From: Vicinamibacterales bacterium | GTDB taxonomy: Bacteria; Acidobacteriota; Vicinamibacteria; Vicinamibacterales; UBA8438 | Length of the DNA stretch: 64,000 bases | Reading direction: 5' to 3' | Assembly: GCA_965208535.1 (NCBI GenBank) | Contig: CBDBOU010000003.1 | Coordinates: 1,765-65,764, forward strand | Shown: positions 53,401-58,802 of the stretch, one piece after another | Layout of the letters: every line of letters begins with the position of its first letter | Numbering within the stretch: the stretch's first letter is position 1 | Made by a program: the position numbers and the translations under genes | Notes under the pieces: model-generated | Database searches by the model: none | What the model was told of the DNA's origin: nothing | Seen by the model: the letters and a program-made list of their open reading frames with translations, nothing else

Positions 53401-56063
53401 AGAGAGGTCGCACCCAGCGTCAGGTCCGTACCCGAGTGCCCGGTGATGGCCACCGTCACCTGAGCCGTCGGCTGCGTCGAAAGCCGCACCGTGTACTCGC
53501 CGTTGTCCCCCTCATCCACCCCCAGCGCCGTCGTCGACAGCGTCAGCTCCACCTCGTCGTCGTCGGTCACCGTCACCGAAACGCTCGCCGTCTCCCCCGC
53601 GTAGTCCCCACCCGACGCCGTGTGCAGCAGCGTCGCCGCGTCGTTCGCCCCGTCGTCGTCCTCGCCCGCCGTCACCGTCACCGTCTGCGCGGTGTTCCAC
53701 GTCGCCGTCGTGAAGGTCAGACTGGTCGAATCCAAGGTGAGGTCGGTGCCTGCCTGGCCCGTGATCGCAACCGTCACCTGAGCCGTCGGCTGCGTCGAAA
53801 GCCGCACCGTGTACTCGCCGTTGTCCCCCTCATCCACCCCCAGCGCCGTCGTCGACAGTGTCAGGCCCACCTCGTCGTCGTCGGTCACCGTCACCGCGAC
53901 GCTCGCCGTCTCCCCCGCGTAGTCGCCCCCCGACGCCGTGTGCACCAGCGTCGCCGAGTCGTTCGCCCCGTCGTCGTCCTGTGCGGCCGTCACCGTCACC
54001 GTCTGCGCCGTGTTCCACGTCGCCGTCGTGAACGTCAGAGAGGTCGCACCCAGCGTCAGGTCCGTGCCCGAGTGCCCGGTGATGGCGACCGTCACCGTCG
54101 CCGTCGGCTGCGTCGCCAGACGCACCGTGTAGTCGCCGTTGTCCCCCTCATCCACCCCCAGCGCCGTCGTCGACAGCGTCAGGCCCACCTCGTCGTCGTC
54201 GGTCACCGTCACCGCGACGCTCGCCGTCTCGCCCGCGTAGTCGCCACCCGAGGCCGTGTGCAGCAGCGTCGCCGCGTCGTTCGACGCGTCGTCGTCCTCC
54301 CCAGCCGAGACCGTCACCGTCTGCGCCGTGTTCCAACTCGCCGTCGTGAACGTCAGAGACGCCGCGGCGGGGGCCAGCGTCAGGTCTGTGCCCGAGTGTC
54401 CGGTGATCGCCACCGTCACCGTCGCCGTCGGCTGTGTCGCCAGACGGACCGTGTAGTCGCCGTTGTCCCCCTCATCCACCCCCAGCGCCGTCGTCGACAG
54501 CGTCAGGCCCACCTCGTCGTCGTCGGTCACCGTCACCGCGACGCTCGCCGTCTCGCCCGCGTAGTCGCCACCCGAGGCCGTGTGCACCAGCGTCGCCGCG
54601 TCGTTCGCCCCGTCGTCGTCCTCACCGGCCGAGACCGTCACCGTCTGCGCCGTGTTCCACGTCGCCGTCGTGAACGTCAGAGACGCCGCGGCGGGGGCCA
54701 GCGTCAGGTCTGTGCCCGAGTGTCCGGTGATCGCCACCGTCACCGTCGCCGTCGGCTGCGTCGAAAGCCGCACCGTGTAGTCGCCGTCGCCTCCCTCGGC
54801 CACCCCCAGCGCTGTCGTCGACAGCGTCAGGCCCACCTCGTCGTCGTCGGTCACCGTCACCGCAACGCTCGCCGTCTCGCCCGCGTAGGCGGGGTCCGGC
54901 GACGAGGCCGTGTGCAGCAGCGTCGCCGCGTCGTTCGCTCCGTCGTCGTCCTCACCGGCAGAGACCGTCACCGTCTGCGCCGTGTTCCATCGCGTCCTCG
55001 TGAACGTCAGGAGCGCGGGGGCGACCGTCAGGTCCGTGTCCGCCTGGCCCGTGATGGCCACCGTCACCTGAGCCCTCGGCTGCGTCCCAAGACGGACCGT
55101 GTACTCGCCGTCGTCCCCCTCGGCCACCCCCAGCGCCGTCGTCGACAGCGTCAGCCGCGGCTCGTCGTCGGTCACCGTCACCGAGACGCTCGCCGTCTCG
55201 CCCGCGTAGGCGGGGTCGTGCGACGAGGCCGTGTGCAGCAGCGTCGCCGTGTCGTTGTCCTCGTCGGCGTCCTGGCCCGCAGAGACCGTCACCGTCTGCA
55301 CCGTGTTCCACGTCGCCGTCGTGAACGTCAGAGAGGTCCTATCCAGGCTCAGGTCCGTACTTGAGTGCCCACTGATGGCGATCGTCACCGTCGCCGTCGG
55401 CGGCGTCGCCAACCCCACCGTGTAGTCCGCGGCGTCCCCCTCGGCCACACTCAGCGCCGTCGGCGACACCCTGATCGCCGGCCCGTCGTCGTCGACGATT
55501 CGGATTATCGCGTGCGTAATGCCCCAGGTCGCCCCCGGCGGGAGTACCCCCCCCAAAAAGACACTGAATTCCTCGGTCTCCTCGGCGACATTGTCGTCGA
55601 GGATGGTGATGCTGATGCTCCCCGTTAGCGAGTTGGCCGGGATGGTCGCGGATCCATTGGAGACGACCCGGTAGTCGTTGATGTTCGCACTGGCGCCCGA
55701 GGTGTTGTACGACAGCTGTAGAGCGCTACCCAATGCCACATCAGCGCCGCGTGCAACTGTGAGCGTAGCGGTGCCAACGTCTTCATAGACCGTGTACAGG
55801 CCTTGCTCGAACCCCAGGGTATTGTCCTGCGCCTGCGCGGGGGAGGAAGCCAACATCACGAGTCCGAGGAGGACGCAGACAAGAAGCAGGGAACCGGGCC
55901 GTGCCTTGTCCGACACGCGGCCCGGCGGCAATCGGTCCCTCCGCGAAGGCCGGAGGGAGAGGGGAGGGTAGGCGGGGTTAGTAGTTACATACGAGAACGC
56001 TCTGCGCTCTGCGCTCTGCGCTCTGCGCTCTGCGCTCTGCGCTGACGAGCGAATCACGTCCAT
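38421..56063 (-). CDS. Giant repetitive adhesin autotransporter (5880 aa)
   Basis: Signal peptide ending SSPAQAQ, Calx-beta tip, about 44 Thr/Asp-rich 106-aa repeats, cadherin and Big_9 domains, C-terminal barrel homologous to adhesin 1. The start codon is uncertain. Confidence 0.92.
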   Translation of the reverse strand: MDVIRSSAQSAERRAQSAERRAFSYVTTNPAYPPLSLRPSRRDRLPPGRVSDKARPGSLLLVCVLLGLVMLASSPAQAQDNTLGFEQGLYTVYEDVGTATLTVARGADVALGSALQLSYNTSGASANINDYRVVSNGSATIPANSLTGSISITILDDNVAEETEEFSVFLGGVLPPGATWGITHAIIRIVDDDGPAIRVSPTALSVAEGDAADYTVGLATPPTATVTIAISGHSSTDLSLDRTSLTFTTATWNTVQTVTVSAGQDADEDNDTATLLHTASSHDPAYAGETASVSVTVTDDEPRLTLSTTALGVAEGDDGEYTVRLGTQPRAQVTVAITGQADTDLTVAPALLTFTRTRWNTAQTVTVSAGEDDDGANDAATLLHTASSPDPAYAGETASVAVTVTDDDEVGLTLSTTALGVAEGGDGDYTVRLSTQPTATVTVAITGHSGTDLTLAPAAASLTFTTATWNTAQTVTVSAGEDDDGANDAATLVHTASGGDYAGETASVAVTVTDDDEVGLTLSTTALGVDEGDNGDYTVRLATQPTATVTVAITGHSGTDLTLAPAAASLTFTTASWNTAQTVTVSAGEDDDASNDAATLLHTASGGDYAGETASVAVTVTDDDEVGLTLSTTALGVDEGDNGDYTVRLATQPTATVTVAITGHSGTDLTLGATSLTFTTATWNTAQTVTVTAAQDDDGANDSATLVHTASGGDYAGETASVAVTVTDDDEVGLTLSTTALGVDEGDNGEYTVRLSTQPTAQVTVAITGQAGTDLTLDSTSLTFTTATWNTAQTVTVTAGEDDDGANDAATLLHTASGGDYAGETASVSVTVTDDDEVELTLSTTALGVDEGDNGEYTVRLSTQPTAQVTVAITGHSGTDLTLGATSLTFTTASWNTAQTVTVSAAQDDDASNDAATLVHTASGGDYAGETASVAVTVTDDDEVGLTLSTTALGVAEGGAGDYTVRLATQPTATVTVAITGHSGTDLTLAPAAASLTFTTASWNTVQTVTVSAGEDDDGANDSATLVHTASGGDYAGETASVAVTVTDDDEVGLTLSTTALGVDEGNDGEYTVRLATQPTATVTVAITGHSGTDLTLAPAAASLTFTTASWNTVQTVTVSAAEDDNATNDAATLLHTASGGDYAGETASVAVTVTDDDEVGLTLSTTALGVDEGNDGEYTVKLLSQPRAQVTVAITGQAGTDLTVAPALLTFTRTRWNTAQTVTVSAGEDDDGANDAATLLHTASSPDPAYAGETASVAVTVTDDDEVELTLSATALGVDEGDDGEYTVRLSTQPTATVTVAVTGQASTDLTLDTASLTFTTATWNTVQTVTVMAGEDDDGANDAATLLHTASGGDYAGETASVAVTVTDDDEVELTLSTTALGVAEGDDGEYTVRLSTQPTAQVTVAITGQAGTDLTLDATSLTFTTATWNTAQTVTVTAGEDDDGANDAATLLHTASGGDYAGETASVAVTVTDDDEVELTLSATALGVAEGADGEYTVRLSTQPTAQVTVAITGQAGTDLTLDSTSLTFTTATWNTAQTVTVTAGEDDDGANDAATLVHTATGGDYAGETASVSVTVTDDDDVELTLSATALGVAEGDDGEYTVRLSTQPTAQVTVAITGHSGTDLTLGAASLTFTTATWNTAQTVTVSAGEDDDGANDAATLLHTASGGDYAGETASVSVTVTDDDEVELTLSATSLGVAEGDDGEYTVRLSTQPTAQVTVAVTGQAGTDLTLDSTSLTFTTATWNTAQTVTVSAGEDDDGANDAATLLHTASGGDYAGETASVSVTVTDDDEVELTLSTTALGVTEGDDAEYTVRLSTQPTAQVTVAVTGHSGTDLSLDSTSLTFTTATWNTAQTVTVSAAEDDDGANDAATLVHTATGGDYAGETASVSVTVTDDDEVELTLSTTALGVAEGDDAEYTVRLSTQPTATVTVAVTGQASTDLTLDTASLTFTTATWNTVQTVTVTAGEDDDGANDAATLLHTASGGDYAGETASVAVTVTDDDDVELTLSTTALGVAEGDDGEYTVRLSTQPTATVTVAVTGHSGTDLTLDTASLTFTTATWNTAQTVTVSAGEDDDAANDAATLLHTASGGDYAGETASVSVTVTDDDTAGLTVSTTALGVTEGDDGEYTVRLATQPTAQVTVAITGQAGTDLTLDTASLTFTTATWNTAQTVTVSAGEDDDGANDAATLLHTASGGDYAGETASVAVTVTDDDEVELTLSTTALGVAEGADGEYTVRLATQPTATVTVAVTGHSGTDLTLDTASLTFTTATWNTAQTVTVSAGEDDDGANDAATLLHTASGGDYAGETANVAVTVTDDDDVELTLSTTALGVAEGDDGEYTVRLSTQPTATVTVAVTGHSGTDLTLDTASLTFTTATWNTAQTVTVSAGEDDDGANDAATLLHTASGGDYAGETASVAVTVTDDDEVGLTLSTTALGVAEGDDGEYTVRLATQPTAQVTVAITGTASTDLTLDTASLTFTTATWNTAQTVTVSAGEDDDAANDAATLLHTASGGDYAGETASVSVTVTDDDTAGLTVSTTALGVTEGDDGEYTVRLATQPTAQVTVAITGQAGTDLTLDTASLTFTMATWNTAQTVTVSAGEDDDGANDAATLLHTASGGDYAGETANVAVTVTDDDEVELTLSATALGVAEGDDAEYTVRLSTQPTAQVTVAITGQAGTDLTLDSISLTFTTATWNTAQTVTVSAGEDDDGANDAATLLHTASGGDYAGETASVSVTVTDDDDVELTLSATALGVAEGDDGEYTVRLATQPTATVTVAVTGHSGTDLTLDTASLTFTTATWNTAQTVTVTAGEDDDGANDAATLLHTASGGDYAGETASVSVTVTDDDEVELTLSTTALGVAEGDDAEYTVRLSTQPTATVTVAVTGHSGTDLTLDTASLTFTTATWNTAQTVTVSAGEDDDGANDAATLLHTASGGDYAGETASVSVTVTDDDEVELTLSATALGVAEGDDAEYTVRLSTQPTATVTVAVTGQASTDLTLDTASLTFTTASWNTVQTVTVTAGEDDDGANDAATLLHTASGGDYAGETASVAVTVTDDDEADLTLSTTALGVAEGGDGEYTVRLATQPSAQVTVAITGHSGTDLTLDTASLTFTTATWNTAQTVTVSAGEDDDGANDAATLLHTASGGDYAGETASVAVTVTDDDDVGLTLSTTALGITEGDDGEYTVRLATQPTAQVTVAITGQAGTDLSLDATSLTFTTATWNTAQTVTVSAGEDDDGANDAATLLHTASGGDYAGETASVAVTVTDDETVGLTLSTTALGVAEGDDGEYTVRLSTQPTAQVTVAITGHSGTDLTLDTASLTFTTASWNTVQTVTVSAGEDDDGANDAATLLHTASGGDYAGETASVAVTVTDDETVGLTVSTTALGVAEGGSNTYTVRLSTEPTAQVTVAVTGQAGTDLTLDTASLTFTTASWNTAQTVTVTAGEDDDGANDAATLLHTASGGDYAGETASVAVTVTDDESVGLTLSTTALRVAEGGSNTYTVRLATQPTAQVTVAVTGQAGTDLTLDTASLTFTTASWNTAQTVTVTAGEDDDAANDAATLLHTASGGDYAGETASVAVTVTDDESVGLTLSTTALGVTEGGSNTYTVRLATQPTAQVTIAVTGQAGTDLTLDTASLTFTTASWNTAQTVTVTAGEDDDAANDAAALLHTASGGDYAGETASVAVTVTDDDTAGLTLSTTALGVTEGDDGEYTVRLATQPSATVTVAVTGQAGTDLTLDTASLTFTTATWNTAQTVTVTAGEDDDAAADAATLLHTASGGDYAGETASVAVTVTDDESVGLTLSTTALGVAEGDDGEYTVRLSTQPTATVTVAVTGQAGTDLTLDSTSLTFTTATWNTAQTVTVSAGEDDDAANDSATLLHTASGGDYAGETASVAVTVTDDESVGLTLSTTALGVTEGDDGEYTVRLSTQPTAQVTVTITGHSGTDLTLDTASLTFTTATWNTAQTVTVSAGEDDDAANDAATLLHTASGGDYAGETASVTVTVTDDDTAGLTLSTTALGVAEGADGEYTVRLATQPTATVTVAVTGHSGTDLTLDTASLTFTTATWNTAQTVTVSAGEDDDAANDAATLLHTASGGDYAGETASVAVTVTDDETVGLTLSTTALGLTEGEDASYTVRLSTQPTAQVTVAVTGQTGTDLTLDSTSLIFTTATWNTAQTVTVSAGEDDDAANDAATLVHTASGGDYAGETASVSVTVTDDETVGLTLSTTALGLAEGDDGEYTVRLSTQPTAQVTVAVTGHSGTDLTLDTASLTFTAATWNTAQTVTVSAGEDDDADNDTATLLHTASGGDYASETAELAVTVTDDETVGIVLSTSSLGLAEGEDGTYTVRLSTEPTAQVTVAVTGHSGTDLTLDTASLTFTTATWSTAQTVTVSAAEDDDADNDTATLLHTASGGDYASETAELAVTVTDDESVGIVLSTSSLGLAEGEDGTYTVRLSTEPTAQVTVAVTGHSGTDLSLDTTSLTFTTATWNTAQTVTVSAGEDDDADDDTATLTHTASGGDYASETAELSVTVTDDESVGIVLSTSSLGLAEGEDGTYTVRLSTEPTAQVTVAVTGHSGTDLSLDTASLTFTTATWNTAQTVTVSAGEDDDADNDTATLTHTASGGDYASETAELAVTVTDDESVGLVLSTTALGVAEGADGEYTVRLSTQPTAQVTVAVTGHSGTDLSLDTTSLTFTTATWSTAQTVTVSAGEDDDADDDTATLVHTASGGDYAGETAELAVTVTDDETPETAGVVLSPSTLTVAEGEGGTYTVRLSTEPTGQVTVAVTGHSGTDLTLDTASLTFTTASWNTAQTVTVTAAQDDDAEDDEATLAHTASGGGYGSVTADLAVTVDDDEDDGEPVSGDVVLSVSPSSVSEGAGTTAVTVTATLVAGARGEATVVTVSVAEDADEYAATPSVFAVEVPADAASAAASFDLTPVDDTKDEPDQRVAITGTTEVGLSVEGTSLTLLDDDEPNRPPEFGQSSYTFDLPENASGRDTPVALGTVGASDADGDRLRYALSAGDGDRFTVSRRGGEVSYTGGGEDFESGPSEFELQVTAGDGEYEAKAQVTVRVVDAPESPEAKDDRAETPEDTPLVIDVLSNDTDPDGERLRVASVTAPENGTATVVSGGVRYEPDLNWYGEDRFSYTATDPGGLTSEATVVVTVTPVNDPPEAVDDEAETLEDVAVVVDVLANDTDVDGDPLTVVSAGPAAHGATAIVDNSVRYSPDLNWYGTDRFSYTIADPGGLTASATVTMTVLPVNDAPEAVGVIPDQTLEEGGGTATVDLTPYFTDVDGDALSYTAVSSDESAVTVAVVGATLTLSPVVTGTATVTVTAADPDGLTAVQTFGVSVGDGLVREVLTGALAALGRAHLSSARIAIGRRLEYDDGAMRLMLGGQQLTPDAWEQMGAGSLEQSHWLSLRAATLRQRRSPRDLSGTSADPRFQRMGLMGGGFGGGAGTDWGQMLLGTDVLLSFGGQGDPETPGTGVGRWRVWGQGDRQSFRWAGPDDAAGYEGDLATGYLGVDVQLTEHLLAGAAVSRSGSGSEWRQGYSSGRLGTELTVLHPYVRIGGRDTAVWALAGVGRGTAENVRTLNGRRGTSPLDLRLGLLEGRHRLGRAAGGVELSLRGEASWAELRTGSGEETVDGLAAAVRRLRTGVEATLPLGGPGGMQVAPFGAVSTRHDGGAGQTGLGLETAAGVRVSAGRMRIEAQGRRLLLHTASGYEEHGFSVTAMAGGGHYEPGLTASVRPHWGAPGYGAESLWQDHVQSYAAGPNRHDGGVDARLGYGWMLPGNRLLTPLVGYGRTGEAQRVQLGARLGVLGRFSGDLATPVEVELLGERYGRPDGGADHRVGLYGILNLGAPE
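41450..55490 (-). repeat. About 44 tandem 318/324-bp repeats
   Basis: Unit LTLSTTALGVAEGDDGEYTVRLSTQPTA..ASVAVTVTDDDE. The 318-bp period also shows in the regularly spaced antisense shadow ORFs. Confidence 0.95.
55998..56043 (-). repeat. Heptanucleotide simple sequence repeat (AGCGCAG) x 6.6
   Basis: Same 7-mer as at 14661, at the 5' end of adhesin 2. Confidence 0.95.
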
Positions 56064-56076
56064 GCCGCTTTGTCAA
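56048..56076 (-). promoter_or_regulatory. Putative sigma70-like promoter of adhesin 2
   Basis: TTGACA-N17-TTCGCT with TG at the extended -10 position; conserved with the 14629-14657 cassette. Confidence 0.45.
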
Positions 56077-56100
56077 GGCGCGCGGCCCCGGAGACTCCAT

Positions 56101-56356
56101 TCAACCGGCCGTCACGAGCGGCTTGATGGCGTCGGTGTCCGCATCCGCACGGGCGATATCGAGGTCGTAGCGTTATGCCGAGCGCTCGTCCGATGCGCAG
56201 CGCGCTGTCCGCCGCAACGGACCGCCGACCGCGCCCGATGCCGTTGATCCGGCGTGGCGGCACGTCAATCGCTCGGGCCGGATGCGATGCCCTGATCTCC
56301 AACTCGTCGAGGATCTCCGCGAGATGTTCTCCAGGGTGGACGGAGTTGCTGCTCAT
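56101..56356 (-). pseudogene. higA: HigA antitoxin remnant
   Basis: MSSNSVHPGEHLAEIL..RAIDVPPRRIN..SVAADSALRIGRALG. The FWLNLQ segment is deleted and the tail RYDLDIAR is in another frame. Confidence 0.75.
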
Positions 56357-56367
56357 GACGCGCGCCC

Positions 56368-56660
56368 TCAGTGGTAGTCCGCAACTTCGACACTCCTGGG
56401 TGCGCGGTCCGTCCAGCGGAAGCAGATACGCCACTGGTCGTTGATGCCGCTCGAATGCTGCCCCTTCCGGTCGCCGCCCAACGCTTTTGAGGCGGTGCGA
56501 AGGAGGCAGCGCAAGTCCGACAACACGGTGGCGGCGACCACACGCTGAAGGCGAACGCGCGGGATATTGGCCGGGAGCCGGTAAACGGGGTAAACGGGCC
56601 GGCCCTCGAAGATGCGCTCCGAAGCCAAGCGCCTGAACCGATTCACGGGCTTGATGCTAT
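56368..56660 (-). pseudogene. higB: HigB (RelE/ParE family) toxin remnant
   Basis: LGGDRKGQHSSGINDQWRICFRW..VEVADYH C-terminal signature; degraded N-terminus; lies upstream of higA. Confidence 0.75.
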
Positions 56661-57018
56661 CGCGGCTGACGCCCCGTGTCGACAGGCGGCTGTCGGTCCG
56701 ATCGCGATCCCGGCTCACCGACTCCGTACCGTGCGGGGAGCAGACTCTATGCGCCGCCGGAGTTGGCGAAGCATCTGGCGGCGCTTGAACGGCTGCGCCG
56801 GGACGACGCTACGGGCGGGCCGGAACCGGCCGGCAGACCCGTTTTGCCGCGAAAGTTTCTGTCGCTTCGGACGCACGTCTCCTGGCGCGACGAAAGGCGT
56901 CACGAAGGGATGGCGCCGTTGGGCACGTTCTCCCCCGGGTGAGGCTCGACGGACGAGGCTGCCCCAAGTGGCCTCTGCGCGAACCGTGCTGGGGGTGAAC
57001 GCGGGTGGGATGGCGGTC

Positions 57019-58317
57019 TCAGCGCGTCGGGACGGTGCTCCTGTTTGCGGGAGGCGGCCAGTGGACCGAGCAGGTGCCGTCGTCGTTGCGAACGAGAATG
57101 TCGAACTGATGCAGTTTGCGGAGCCAGCGCGAAGCGCTGCGCTGCACGAGCAGCGCCTCGTAGTCGGTATCCGGGTCGCGGTAGGGCGTGGCGTCGCGCA
57201 GCACCGCGAAGACGCATCGCAGCAGCTTGTGGGCGGTGGCCACGATGGCGCGCTTGAAGCCGCGCTTCCGGGTCAGCGTCTGGTGATACGTCTGGAACTG
57301 GCAGTTGTGGGTTCGGGCGGCGGCGTGGGCGCACTCGATGAGCACGGTGCGCAGCGTCTGATTTCCGCGCCGGGTGCGACCGGTGCGGCGTTTGCCGGCG
57401 CTCTCGTTGTTGCCGGGGCACAGGCCGGCCCAGGCTGCCAGGCGGTGCGCGTTGCCGAACACGCGGTGCGGGTCGGCTCCGGTCTCGCTCAGGATGGCGC
57501 AGGCCGCCGTGTGGTCGATGCCGGGAAGCGTCTCCAGCAGGCGGAGTTGCTCGGCCCAGGGGGCCAGCGCCTCGTCGAGGTGCCGGTCGAAGTCGTCGAC
57601 GCGCCGGCTGAGCGTGTCGTGCTCGCTCAGCAGGTCGGCGAGCAGGCGGCGCTCGGTCTCGCGCAGCGTCAGGCCCAATGCGTCGCCGAGCTGCTCGAGC
57701 TTGCCGCGGACGTGCGCGCTGAGCGAGGCCAGGATGTCGGTACTGGGCCGCCGGGCGACCAGACCGTCGAGGATGCGCCGGCCGTTCCTGCCGAAGATGT
57801 CGCTCAGCACCGCCCCGATGCGGACGCCGCCGCGGTCGATCACCTTCTGTGTCTGGTTGCGGACCTGCGAGCGCCGCGCGACCAGCTTCCGCCGGTGGCG
57901 GCTCAACGTGCGCAGGTCGCGGAACTGCTGGGAGGGAACGAAACTGGGCCGCCCCAACCCGAACTGGCACACCCGCGCCAGCCAGCGGCTGTCCTCGACA
58001 TCGGTCTTCCTGCCGCGCAGTTGCTTCACATGCTGCGCGTGGAGTAACTGGGCGTTGATGCCGGCGTCGGTCAGCGCCTGCCACGGCGTGTGCCAGTAGA
58101 CGCCGGTCGCCTCCATCGCGGCGGCCACGACGCGGTGGCTCGTCAACCACGCGACCAGGGCGGCCAGGCCGCTCGCCAGCGCGCTGAACATGCGCGTCTC
58201 GCACTGCGGCGGGCCGGCCGTCGCCTCGGACAGCCGCACGGTGGCCGTGATGTGCCCCTTGTGGATGTCGAGTCCCGCCGCGCGGGGATGGACAACACAC
58301 AACTCATCGTTCATCAT
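57019..58317 (-). CDS. IS110-family recombinase (different subgroup from the first)
   Basis: GLDIHK, MEATGVYW, GRKTDVEDS, TLPGID, WAGLCPGNNESAGK, AHKLL. Confidence 0.93.
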   Translation of the reverse strand: MMNDELCVVHPRAAGLDIHKGHITATVRLSEATAGPPQCETRMFSALASGLAALVAWLTSHRVVAAAMEATGVYWHTPWQALTDAGINAQLLHAQHVKQLRGRKTDVEDSRWLARVCQFGLGRPSFVPSQQFRDLRTLSRHRRKLVARRSQVRNQTQKVIDRGGVRIGAVLSDIFGRNGRRILDGLVARRPSTDILASLSAHVRGKLEQLGDALGLTLRETERRLLADLLSEHDTLSRRVDDFDRHLDEALAPWAEQLRLLETLPGIDHTAACAILSETGADPHRVFGNAHRLAAWAGLCPGNNESAGKRRTGRTRRGNQTLRTVLIECAHAAARTHNCQFQTYHQTLTRKRGFKRAIVATAHKLLRCVFAVLRDATPYRDPDTDYEALLVQRSASRWLRKLHQFDILVRNDDGTCSVHWPPPANRSTVPTR

Positions 58318-58329
58318 CGGGATGCCTCC

Positions 58330-58600
58330 AGTTTCCGGGGGGTAGGCGGAGGCGGGACAGGCCGGTCGGACTCGGAACTCGCGCCCTGCACGGGCACGGT
58401 GCGTTTTGCCGCGCGTCCACAGCCCGGGGGCCGGGTACAATTCGGGGCTCGATGCCGAACCGGCCGGGTCAGTTTGGCTTCGGGGATAAACACCCGCCAT
58501 TGAAACAGACGACCACTCGTCCCGCCTCCGCCATTATTGTGCGACCCGCGGTCGGTCTCTGACGAACTTTCATCCTTCGGGGTGAGCGGCGCACGGTCGC
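58330..58600 (-). ncRNA. Candidate bridge RNA of the second IS110
   Basis: Structured non-coding left end with an 11-nt match to the element end and an 8-nt match to the flank. Confidence 0.5.
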
Positions 58601-58802
58601 TCATGACGTTTGGCTGGCAGTGTCGGCTGGCAGGACGACACTTGGCGCACCTAAATAGTGTTCGGTCGAAAACCCCGCAAGTGATTGATTCTACAGGGTG
58701 TAGCGCGGATTCAGGGTGGCGAAGATCGTCCGATTGCGGTATTCTCGGAGGTGATTCCCCGAGGATCGACGCACTCGGGCAATATCTTCGCGAATTGACA
58801 TC

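Larger units (their letters stand above)
56840..58611 (-). mobile_element. Second IS110-family element
   Basis: CGTTT direct repeat at 56840-56844 and 58607-58611; the non-coding end matches both junctions. Confidence 0.7.

Noticed and set aside
38052-55364. Very long plus-strand ORFs (3243 aa and 2494 aa) and the series of 100-aa ORFs
   Set aside because: Antisense shadows of the repetitive GC-rich adhesin; they translate to Arg/Val-rich low-complexity sequence.
41450-55490. CRISPR array or diversity-generating retroelement in the repeats
   Set aside because: The repeats are in-frame coding units with no spacers, there is no cas or reverse transcriptase gene, and variation is not adenine-specific.
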